32,000 nt of DNA from Cenarchaeum sp. (GTDB taxonomy: Archaea; Thermoproteota; Nitrososphaeria; Nitrososphaerales; Nitrosopumilaceae). Made by a program: the position numbers and the translations under genes. How positions within the stretch are numbered: position 1 is the stretch's first letter; every line of letters starts with the position of its first letter. The notes under the pieces are model-generated. The model saw nothing but the letters and a program-made list of their open reading frames with translations, ran no database searches and was not told the origin of the DNA. Positions 19,001 to 25,560 of this stretch are shown here, in pieces. The stretch lies in the NCBI GenBank assembly GCA_965200655.1, contig CBDAUQ010000001.1, positions 150,276-182,275 of the forward strand, written 5' to 3'.

Positions 19001-19841
19001 CGATGCGCCGGCCGTGGCCGAGTCGGTCAGTACATCTGATGTCCACGGCACCAGCGGCGACGGCCCGCCGCAGGCGGATCCGGGGACGGGAACGCCCGGC
19101 GACGGCCCGCCGCAGGCGGATCCGGGGACGGGAACGCCCGGCGACGGCCCGCCGCAGGCGGATCCGGGGACGGGAACGCCCGGCAACGGCACCAGCGGCG
19201 ACGGCCCGCCGCAGGCGGATCCGGGGACGGGAACGCCCGGCAACGGCACCAGCGGCGACGGCCCGCCGCAGGCGGATCCGGGGACGGGAACGCCCGGCAA
19301 CGGCACCAGCGGCGGCGACGGCCCGCCGCAGGCGGATCCGGGGACGGGAACGCCCGGCAACGGCACCAGCGGCGACGGCCCGCCGCAGGCGGATCCGGGG
19401 ACGGGAACGCCCGGCAACGGCACCAGCGGCGACGGCCCGCCGCCGCCCGCCGGCCCATTCACATGCTCGGTAAGGCTTGGGTTGGCTGACTTGGAGGTGA
19501 CGGTAGGGCAGGGCGAGTACTCGCGGGCCGTCCGGCAGTATCTAATCAACTCGGGCTCGCTGGCGTTCGCAAGTGTGGGGCTCGATGCGACCCCGTGGCG
19601 GTTCAGTTTTGACGGCGGCTCAAGGGCGGGTGCGGATCTGCCGGCCAGTGTAACCGAGGTGCTCGATCATGCGGCGGGCGGAGGCTATGTGCCGCTTGCG
19701 GACGGGGTGGCCGTTGGCCGCGGGCTCGCGGGCGGGGACGTGTCTCAGCTGTCGTTTCGCGTGAACCTGTCCGCGCATGGCGATGCGCGGGGCATTATGG
19801 CCCAAAACGTGACATATCTAGCCGAGTGTGTTCCGCCGTAG
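16014..19841 (+). CDS. Large secreted NHL-repeat protein (12 blades, so two predicted six-bladed beta-propellers), with two tandem-repeat arrays and an unassigned C-terminal domain
   Basis: The signal-like N-terminus is AALTVAVMAAAAVAAAASGLPAAAAQ. There are twelve repeats of the form G(V/I)(A/D)FGPGGI(L/M)AV.D..N.RVQVFHANGT(L/F). His/Asp/Glu-rich loops are EEEEEDHDHDHGDDHGDESGAHEEEEEDH and EDDHDHDHDHAPGD. These are followed by 16x 21-aa repeats, 7x GDGPPQADPGTGTP repeats, and a ~130-aa C-terminal domain. Confidence 0.85.
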   Translation: MGAALTVAVMAAAAVAAAASGLPAAAAQVGGTPAPAPVSERPVFAFEFKHGLVTGNFSSIGGVAFGPGGIMAVGDFHKDRVMVFHANGTLAYQIVSEEEEEDHDHDHGDDHGDESGAHEEEEEDHAVFDGPEGIAFGPGGILAVAGRWNSHVLVFHANGTLAYQLGSEDDHDHDHDHAPGDTSFHPDDLGPGEFDEPIGVDFGPGGILAVVDSGEDRVQVFHANGTFAHHVGADRSGDDRYGLAVDVDFGPGGIMAVSDYYNDRVQVFHANGTFAHHVETGRYSFPRVVAFGPGGIMAVAGHDNRVRVFHANGTLDHQFGSGGSGPGEFNLPSSIDFGPGGIIAVGELGQYGKARVQVFHANGTFAYQVGPEWRGGLSESSILYSEFSLPYSVDFGPGGIMAVADSHNDRVQVFHANGTFAYQIGSVGGAQPGEFRYPNDVAFGPGGILAVADAGNYRVQVFHANGTLDKQVQSHVGWWAAPGGSFWDPAGVAVGPGGILAVAYGNNRVQVFHANGTLDHQFGSGGNGTGEFNGPADVAVGPGGILAVADAGNNRTQVFHANGTFAHQFGSNGSGPGELWLPRGVAFGPGGAMAVADTSNNRVQVFHANGTLDYQFGSRGSGPGGFRLPYGVAFGPGGAMAVADTSNNRVQVFQMSMLARDAPAVADRALAAAEYVEGEARDAPAVADRALAAAEYVEGEARDAPAVADRALAAAEYVEGEARDAPAVADGAIAAAEYVEGEARDAPAVADRALAAAEYVEGEARDAPAVADRALAAAEYVEGEARDAPAVADRALAAAEYVEGEARDAPAVADRALAAAEYVEGEARDAPAVADRALAAAEYVEGEARDAPAVADRALAAAEYVEGEARDAPAVADGAIAAAEYVEGEARDAPAVADGAIAAAEYVEGEARDAPAVADGAIAAAEYVEGEARDAPAVADGAIAAAEYVEGEARDAPAVADGALAQAGRDGGEARDAPAVADGAIAAAEYVEGEARDAPAVAESVSTSDVHGTSGDGPPQADPGTGTPGDGPPQADPGTGTPGDGPPQADPGTGTPGNGTSGDGPPQADPGTGTPGNGTSGDGPPQADPGTGTPGNGTSGGDGPPQADPGTGTPGNGTSGDGPPQADPGTGTPGNGTSGDGPPPPAGPFTCSVRLGLADLEVTVGQGEYSRAVRQYLINSGSLAFASVGLDATPWRFSFDGGSRAGADLPASVTEVLDHAAGGGYVPLADGVAVGRGLAGGDVSQLSFRVNLSAHGDARGIMAQNVTYLAECVPP
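17988..19020 (+). repeat. 63-bp in-frame tandem array: 16 full units plus one partial unit, near-identical at nucleotide level, with two unit types
   Basis: The unit GCGCGCGATGCGCCGGCCGTGGCCGAC[AGAGCGCTAGCG|GGCGCCATCGCG]GCCGCTGAGTACGTCGAGGGGGAG encodes ARDAPAVAD(RAL|GAI)AAAEYVEGE. Reading R = DRALAAA and G = DGAIAAA, the unit order is R R R G R R R R R R G G G G g* G. The unit g* is a diverged unit (DGALAQAGRDGGE). Confidence 0.95.
19047..19440 (+). repeat. Second in-frame tandem array (42-60-bp units) encoding (GNGTS)GDGPPQADPGTGTP x7
   Basis: The core GGCGACGGCCCGCCGCAGGCGGATCCGGGGACGGGAACGCCCGGC is repeated 7 times, with or without the AACGGCACCAGC spacer. Confidence 0.9.
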
Positions 19842-20417
19842 CCTTGCGGCCGGCCCGGTCCATGGTTGCCGCCTGTTCGGAGCTCCCCGGCTGGCGGGCT
19901 TACGGGGCTTACGATCTTGCGCCTGCCGGGCACCCCGGCGCCCGCATGCCGGTGCGGGCTTGAGGGCTTGTCGATTTCTACACGTTTGGGCCGCGCCGTC
20001 GATGGGGCGCCCGCCGGCTTGAGGGTGCCCGCGGCGGCCGGCCACTCGTTGTCATACACGTGCATGACGTTTGGGCCGCGCCCGCGCCGCCCGCCGGCCG
20101 CGCCGCGGGTCTGCTGCCCCGCCGCCCGCCGGCCGCCGCTCCGCACTGCCGCTCATCTGGGGCGCCTGCCGCGGGTCTTGCCCCGCCGCCCCGCTTGAGG
20201 GTGGCGCGCCGCCCGCTGACGGCCGCCCGGCCCGCATGGGGCGGCCTGGCATGTGCGAGGAAAAGATAAACCCATTCTACGGAAAAAGTGGCTTGGAGGG
20301 GCGCCGGCGCCTACACGTCTCTAAACGCAATACGTGCTCGGACGAGCCCGATTTCGTTACTCGGCGAGGGCTGGCGGCGGGCGGGCATTCAGGTTTAGCC
20401 GCAGTGACAGGCGCCAC

Positions 20418-20523
20418 GGCCCGTACGGCCACGGGGTCGGGGACGGGCGGGTTCAGCCAGTTCGGGGCCTGCCTGGCCCGGCCCGGTGCTGGCCCGTACG
20501 GCCACGGGGTCGGGGACGGGCGG
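20418..20523. repeat. Exact 33-bp direct repeat (20418..20450 and 20491..20523)
   Basis: GGCCCGTACGGCCACGGGGTCGGGGACGGGCGG occurs twice, 73 bp apart, at the 3-prime end of the AbrB-like ORF. Confidence 0.9.
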
Positions 20524-20791
20524 ATCCGGCCGGCCCTGTGCGATCGGAACGGCCGGGCGCCGGGCCACGCCCCTCCGCGGCCTGGCCCCTGCCCGGCACG
20601 ACCATGACGCTGCCGCCGGACACCTTGAAGGTGATGCTGTCCTTGAGCCCCAGCAGGTCGGCGACGGGCTTTGGAATTGTGCTCTGGTAGCCCCTCCCCT
20701 CCACATAGTTTACGCCCACGGTAAACTCGGTGGCATCTCTCTGCCATCTTCCGCACACGGGTCCCCCCTGCGGGGCCCGCTTAAAAACCAT
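20453..20791 (-). CDS. AbrB/SpoVT-like (swapped-hairpin) domain protein with a low-complexity C-terminal tail
   Basis: The N-terminal ~65 aa read MVFKRAPQGGPVCGRWQRDATEFTVGVNYVEGRGYQSTIPKPVADLLGLKDSITFKVSGGSVMVV. They contain the ..IPK.v...LgL..gD.i.f pattern of AbrB-type regulators and antitoxins. The remaining ~45 aa are G/R/P-rich and run through the 33-bp repeats. The true stop and the status of the tail are uncertain. Confidence 0.5.
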   Translation of the reverse strand: MVFKRAPQGGPVCGRWQRDATEFTVGVNYVEGRGYQSTIPKPVADLLGLKDSITFKVSGGSVMVVPGRGQAAEGRGPAPGRSDRTGPAGSARPRPRGRTGQHRAGPGRPRTG

Positions 20792-20981
20792 AGAACTATC
20801 GTAGATTAGCACGGGACGGCCGGCCAGCGGCGCGGACGGACGGACGGACGGCGGTATCCCGCTGCCAAGGGGCGGGGGGCCGGGAGGCGGGGGTGGAATC
20901 CTTGGCAGGATCCCCGCCCAGCCCTTCCCGCAAGCGCGTCTACGCCCTCGTGGCGACGACCGGGGGCTGGGTAGGCGCGTG

Positions 20982-23527
20982 GTGAGTGTTTACATGCCCC
21001 CCTCCAGGCGCCGGAGGGGAGGGGCTGACCGTTCGATGACCAGGAACGGGATTACACTGTCCCGTTGGCGCCCGGTAGTCTATAGGAGGGGGCGGGTCAG
21101 GCCGCGGCTACCGGGTTCCGCGGCCCCCCGGCTGGCGGCGGGCCGGGCCCGCTCGGCGCCGCGGCGGGGGCGGCGCGGGCGGTAGCGGGATGCGGGGGTT
21201 GCACGTCGGGCAGGCTCTTGGCGGCCTTCCCGGGGGCGGCCTTCCCGGGGGCGGCCGATGCCGCAAGGCGCCTCTGGCTCTTCCTCGGGGCGCTTTGGGG
21301 CGCCGCGCCGCCGCCGCCGCGCCGCGCCTTCCCGGCTCCGCACGCGGTCGGCATCCGGGCATCGGCCGCCTCGGGCGGAACCGCGGGATCCGGCCGCGCG
21401 GGATGCGCGCCGGACGGCCGACTCCACCCGGCGGGCATTGCGCCCCGGCCGGGCGCGCCGCGCGCCCCCGCCCTCTCGCCCTCGGCCCGGACCTGCGCCC
21501 ACTCGCCCCGGGCTTTACTCCCAGGGCCGCCCCAATTTCGTGGAAGGTATCCAGGCCCTTGTTGAGCCACGTATTGCGGCACCCCTTCCCGTCAGAGTAC
21601 CTCTCCTGCCGGGCGCGCTGACGAGCATCGGGCTCGAGCCCCTGTCCCTCACAAACTCGCGCATCCCCTGCTCCGACTTGTGGGTCGTGGCCATAAGGCC
21701 GGGGCGGATGATGCACTCGACCGTGCCGTCGGCGGCGCCCCGGATCCTGTTGGCGACGCGCCGGAACCCCGCCTTGTCGAGCCCCTCCGCGATGCCGAGT
21801 ATGCGCGCCTTGTACGCCGCGGCCTTGTCCCCCATCGTCGGGTCGGGGAACGCGCCGCCCGTGTGGCCGGCGGCGCACGCGCGCACCTCGGCGAGCGTGC
21901 CGCTGAACCTTTCGTGCAGGACGGCCGCGGCCGGGTCGCCCGTCATTGCCGCCTTTTCCGTCTCGCGCACCTCGTGGGCGTGGTCGCGCTGCCGGGCGCT
22001 GCAGTGGTCGTAGTTGGGCAGGCCGTCGGCGGACGTGCCGGCCCCGACCCTGTCCGGAAAGCGGTTCTTTAGGACGGCGAGCCCGCGCGACGGGACGGCC
22101 CAGACGTTCACGTTCCCGCCGCTGTCCTGCGCGCGGTGGATGTACCCCCTGCGGGCCTTGCGCCTGCCGCCGCCGCCCTTTTTCCCCCTGCCCTTCCCCG
22201 CGCCCGCGCCCGCATCCCCGGGCTGCGCGTGCCCGAGCCGCCATGCGACCGGCAGCGCTGCCGCCGCCCCCGCCGCCCCCGCCGCCCCCGCCCCACCGGA
22301 CATCTCCCCGCTTGCGCGCCTCTCCTCCATCCTCCTCCCCGCCTCCGCCTCCTCCCTCTCCGCCTCGGCGTCCCCGTCCCTCACCATCATCTTGTGCACG
22401 CACTCGTCCATCTCGCCGTAGTCGCGAAGGGCGTCCATGTCCTGGCGTATCATGCTGGCCGGCCAGGCCAGCGCGTCGTTGGCCGCGTCGACAATCGCCG
22501 CCGCGGTCGCCCTGGTCATGGGGATCCCGAGAAGGCGCCCGCCGACCTTTGCGAGCATGCCAAGGCTGCAGTAGGTGTCGTACCGGATGTTCCAGATGAG
22601 CGCCGCCGTCCGCGGGCTCGCCCACGTCTTCCTCAGCGTCCCGTCGCGCGGCGCGTCGACCCGCGCCCCGCAGTCGTTGCATACCATGTCGTGCATTACA
22701 AGGCTCCTGCGCGACACGATTATCTTTTCGATGTCGACGACCTGCTTGGCTAACGTGTGCCTCTCCGACAGGTTGCGGCCGTGGCACCTGCCGCACTCGA
22801 ACGGGCGGCGGTGCTCGCCGGGCCTGTTCGTCTCCAGCTTGCGCGCCGCGCCGGGGTGGCCCACGGCCCGGCCCGGCGGCCGCCAGTCGAGCTGCCACGC
22901 GTGCAGCGCCTCGATCGCCTTTTTCCGGTGGTACTCGGCGGTCCACGTGCCGGTGCGCGGCGGGGAGTGGGGGCTGTTGTGGCACGCGTCACTCGCGGCC
23001 GGCCTCTTGTTGTCGGCGGCCAGGGCGGCATTGCCAGCCTCCAGCATCCTGATTCTTTCGTCGCGCTCGCCGATCTCGGCGGCGTGGACGGCCTCCCTCC
23101 TTTTGATCTCGGCGGCGTGCTCCGCTGATCCTCCTCCAGCTTGGCCTCTAGCTCCTCTATCCTGCCGTTCGCCGCGGCCAGCTGCTCGTCCTTTTCGTCC
23201 AGCTCTTTGCGCAGGCTCTGGTTCTCGACGACAACCCCCACGAACTTTTCGCGCATGATGACCAGGTCCGACCTTGCCAAGACGGCGCGGCGCCAAAGGC
23301 CCCCATATAGCCTTTGAGGCCCGTGCGGCGGCGGCGCAGCGGCCGGCCGGCAGGCCCCACTGCCCCGCCGCAACCCGCCTAGGCCTGCCGTCGTCCAGGC
23401 CGCAGCCGTGCCGCGCGTCCCAGGGGGGCGGCAGGCAAGTCTCGCCGGGGCCCGCCAATGCGTGACTCGCCTAGATCCGCCGCCCCTGTGACGCCCGCCC
23501 CTACGTGGGGGGCACCTAAACACTCAC
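20982..23527 (-). mobile_element. Second IS66-like element (2546 bp), probably decaying
   Basis: It has imperfect 21-bp terminal IRs (19/21). The left IR is GTGAGTGTTTACATGCCCCCC (20982..21002). The right IR is GGGGGGCACCTAAACACTCAC (23507..23527), the reverse complement of GTGAGTGTTTAGGTGCCCCCC. The GTGAG.. terminus resembles the GTAAG.. ends of IS66 elements. No matching 8-bp flanks are present (GGCGCGTG vs GGTATTTG). It encloses a frameshifted TnpC-like ORF. Confidence 0.65.
21515..23256 (-). pseudogene. IS66-family TnpC-like transposase, frameshifted (or requiring a -1 frameshift) and diverged at catalytic blocks
   Basis: The coiled-coil N-terminus (MREKFVGVVVENQSLRKELDEKDEQLAAANGRIEELEAKLEEDQ, start 23256) lies in one frame. 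The rest follows in the -1 frame from about 23125: AEHAAEIKRRE...FECGRCHGRNL...MVCNDCG...GEMDECVHKM...GYIHRAQDSGGNVNVWAV...SADGLPNYDH...DHAHEVRE. A ~70-aa low-complexity insert follows the DEC block. The CWxH block is replaced by RDHAH. Confidence 0.65.
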
Positions 23528-23552
23528 GGTATTTGGGTCATCCCTCCGCTTG

Positions 23553-23700
23553 GCCTGGGGGAGGGGAAGGGGGGGGGGGCGGGAACACGGCTACGGACGG
23601 TCGCCCTTCAAAATGCTGGCCATGTCGATCCTGTTACCATGTAAGGCAACATGAGACACGGTGGGCACTGCTGGCGGGGGGGGGGGAGGGGAAGGTGGAG
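23553..23700 (+). repeat. Pair of G-rich motifs sharing an AGGGGAAGG core, each with an 11-nt G homopolymer (23569..23579 and 23676..23686)
   Basis: The motifs are CTGGGGGAGGGGAAGGGGGGGGGGGCGGG and GGCGGGGGGGGGGGAGGGGAAGGTGGAG, about 105 bp apart. They sit immediately outside the right IR of IS element 2 and upstream of the low-GC cassette. Both satisfy a G3+N1-7 x4 quadruplex pattern. Confidence 0.85.
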
Positions 23701-23866
23701 CGGCGCGTCCTAATGCGACCGCATATGACCTAGTCCCTAGCTCGCCCAAGTGAACGACGCTAGGGCTTCCGATAACAATAAAAACGGCCCATGCGCGCCT
23801 GCGCGACATGGTGGGCTTGTACGGTATGGGTGCGCCCGGATTCGGGGGTCGCTAACATTGAGCGAC

Positions 23867-24262
23867 ATGGGAGTGATCGGCACTAACTTGTACCTCGCCA
23901 CAAAACTGCTTGGGCGGTACGACTTGGCTCTAGAGTCCATCAGATCGCGCGGCGGCTCCGTGGACCGCCCAGACGAGGTCAAGAGCATCCTTGCTGTACT
24001 TGACCCGCTCAGCCGCCACCTGCGTGGCATGACCTACTACGCCCTGGGCGTCAACGCCGAAGAAATGTCCAAATTCCTGCGCCTCCGTCACCGCGAAGAT
24101 TGGCCAAGTGCAAAAGACGGCATACTCTCCGTGGCGTCAAGGCTTGAAAAAGGCGGCGGCAAAGTAGCCCTCTCCGGCGGTGACCTGCCGATCTTAAACG
24201 ATGTATCCGACGCTCTTGACAACGAGTGCTCGTCTCTGTTCAAGGAGACGCGTAGGCGATGA
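23867..24262 (+). CDS. Hypothetical protein (131 aa), first gene of a low-GC two-gene cassette
   Basis: ATG 23867 (MGVIGTNLYLATKLLGRYDLALESIRS...) was chosen over the GTG 23750 track start. The protein is predicted mostly helical. No family was recognised. The stop overlaps the start of the next gene (ATGA at 24259..24262). A/T-ending codons are frequent, unlike in core genes. Confidence 0.55.
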   Translation: MGVIGTNLYLATKLLGRYDLALESIRSRGGSVDRPDEVKSILAVLDPLSRHLRGMTYYALGVNAEEMSKFLRLRHREDWPSAKDGILSVASRLEKGGGKVALSGGDLPILNDVSDALDNECSSLFKETRRR

Positions 24263-25437
24263 GCTCCACGTACTTGAGATTCATCATCCGCGAGCAGATT
24301 GACAAGATACGGGTCCTAAAGGACGAAATTCCTTGTCGCCCGGGGCATGCGGCCTTGGATCGCTTGGCCGACACGTGCAAGGGCAGGTTGGAAGAACAGT
24401 CGCTCCTGCTCGGGCAGGCCGGTGCCTTGCTTGACGGCGACAGCAACGGCGCTCGCATCGGCATGGTGCTAAGGGCCGTAAAGCGTTGTGCCAGGGTCGT
24501 AGGCGATATAGAGGGGTACGGCATGCCACCGTTGCACTGCCGGTCAGAGCAGGCGATATTTCTCAACGATGTCGTGTACGCGATGCACAACGAAGTAGGC
24601 CTGCCGTTTCCATGTCCGGCGGTGTCATGCACGTCAAACGAGTATTATTTTACGCACCCTGTCACCAACACCGTGTACGTCCCGCTTTCAGAGGCCGCGT
24701 TCTTGTTGCACATGCCAGACTTTTATCACGAGTTGGGCCACCTCCTACTTGCTCACTCCTACGAGACGGAGTGGATCCCTATATTAGCCGGCATGGCCGA
24801 TGCAGTCGAGGCTATTGACGACTACTATCTGCAACATACGCTGAGGATGAAGAGCGAGTCGGCGCCCACACCTGTCCAGGATGGCGTGAAGTGGATGTGG
24901 TCTAGGTGGAAGCACGTTTGGATTCAGGAGGCGTTTTGTGACCTTTTCGCCCTGTTTGCGGCTGGGCCCGCATACGCGTACTCCAACCTACACTTGGTGT
25001 CCAAGATGGACCTGAACATATATGAGCTTAGTCTACTGGCTGAGCAGGATCACCCTTCCGGTGAGGCTAGGATGCGGTTGCTTGACGCCGGGATGCATCT
25101 CCTTGAGCACGAGCGCGAGGCAGGGCATGTCAGGGAAGAGTGGAACGCGTTAGCACATTTTTGCGGTGATCCTCCACCAGAATACGCCCACGCTTTTCCG
25201 TCCGGCTTGATCCGCGAGGTTGCCGCGTCCATACTTCCAGCGTTCGGGAAGGCGGGCCTGCGCGGACACGCAAGCGGAGACGGAGCGGCCGTTGCCGCCC
25301 TTCTGAACGATGCTTGGCGAGGCTTTTGGCGCGATGGGGGCGGCGGCTTTCGGGATCTGGAAAATACGCTGATTTCCAAGCTTGCGGAGGTGGTGCATAG
25401 CGGCGCCGCGGCATGCCAGAAGCGGGCGCCGGACTAG
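24259..25437 (+). CDS. Predicted gluzincin-type zinc metallopeptidase-like protein (HExxH ... E), family unassigned
   Basis: HELGH lies at aa 157-161 (nt 24727..24741). The downstream segment W-K-H-V-W-I-Q-E-A-F-C-D-L-F-A-L-F-A-A-G-P (E224, nt 24928..24930) resembles the WLNEGFA third-ligand helix of MA-clan peptidases. The N-terminal ~150 aa are unassigned. GC is lower and codon usage is atypical for the window. Confidence 0.6.
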   Translation: MSSTYLRFIIREQIDKIRVLKDEIPCRPGHAALDRLADTCKGRLEEQSLLLGQAGALLDGDSNGARIGMVLRAVKRCARVVGDIEGYGMPPLHCRSEQAIFLNDVVYAMHNEVGLPFPCPAVSCTSNEYYFTHPVTNTVYVPLSEAAFLLHMPDFYHELGHLLLAHSYETEWIPILAGMADAVEAIDDYYLQHTLRMKSESAPTPVQDGVKWMWSRWKHVWIQEAFCDLFALFAAGPAYAYSNLHLVSKMDLNIYELSLLAEQDHPSGEARMRLLDAGMHLLEHEREAGHVREEWNALAHFCGDPPPEYAHAFPSGLIREVAASILPAFGKAGLRGHASGDGAAVAALLNDAWRGFWRDGGGGFRDLENTLISKLAEVVHSGAAACQKRAPD

Positions 25438-25560
25438 CACTTCCTTGCCGGCCGGCCGCCGGCCCGCGGTAGGCCGCCACCTGTTGCGCTCGCCGCGCCC
25501 CGGCCGCGGCTGGGCCTGCACCCGTCAATCTTTTTAAGCGCGCCCCCGGCGGCGCGCGCC

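Noticed and set aside
17988-19020. The 63-bp repeat array as a possible CRISPR array
   Set aside because: The units are contiguous with no unique spacers. They are in frame within a long ORF and encode a regular 21-aa peptide. No cas genes or leader are present.
17972-19549. Minus-strand ORFs (525, 152 and 143 aa) and a plus off-frame ORF (18625..19473) across the repeat arrays
   Set aside because: They are periodic artefacts of reading the tandem repeats in other frames. The sense frame is continuous with the NHL domain and the unique C-terminal domain.
21066-21125. A tRNA-like string (GCGCCCGGTAGTCTATAGG...CCGGGTTCCGCGG)
   Set aside because: It has a D-loop-like GGTAGTCTA but no acceptor-stem pairing, no GTTCRANYC T-loop and no plausible anticodon arm. 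It lies inside the IS 3-prime region.
21108-22985. A 625-aa minus-strand ORF and several plus-strand ORFs (21258..22753) inside IS element 2
   Set aside because: These are off-frame or antisense to the TnpC-like frame that carries recognisable motifs. Their translations are R/G/P-rich.
23791-23866. Short upstream ORFs (for example ATG 23808, 15 codons) between the TATA-like AACAATAAAAAC (23774..23785) and the cassette start at 23867
   Set aside because: They could be leader peptides, but they are too short and unsupported to call. They are mentioned only because the TATA box predicts a ~60-nt leader here, unlike the leaderless pattern elsewhere.
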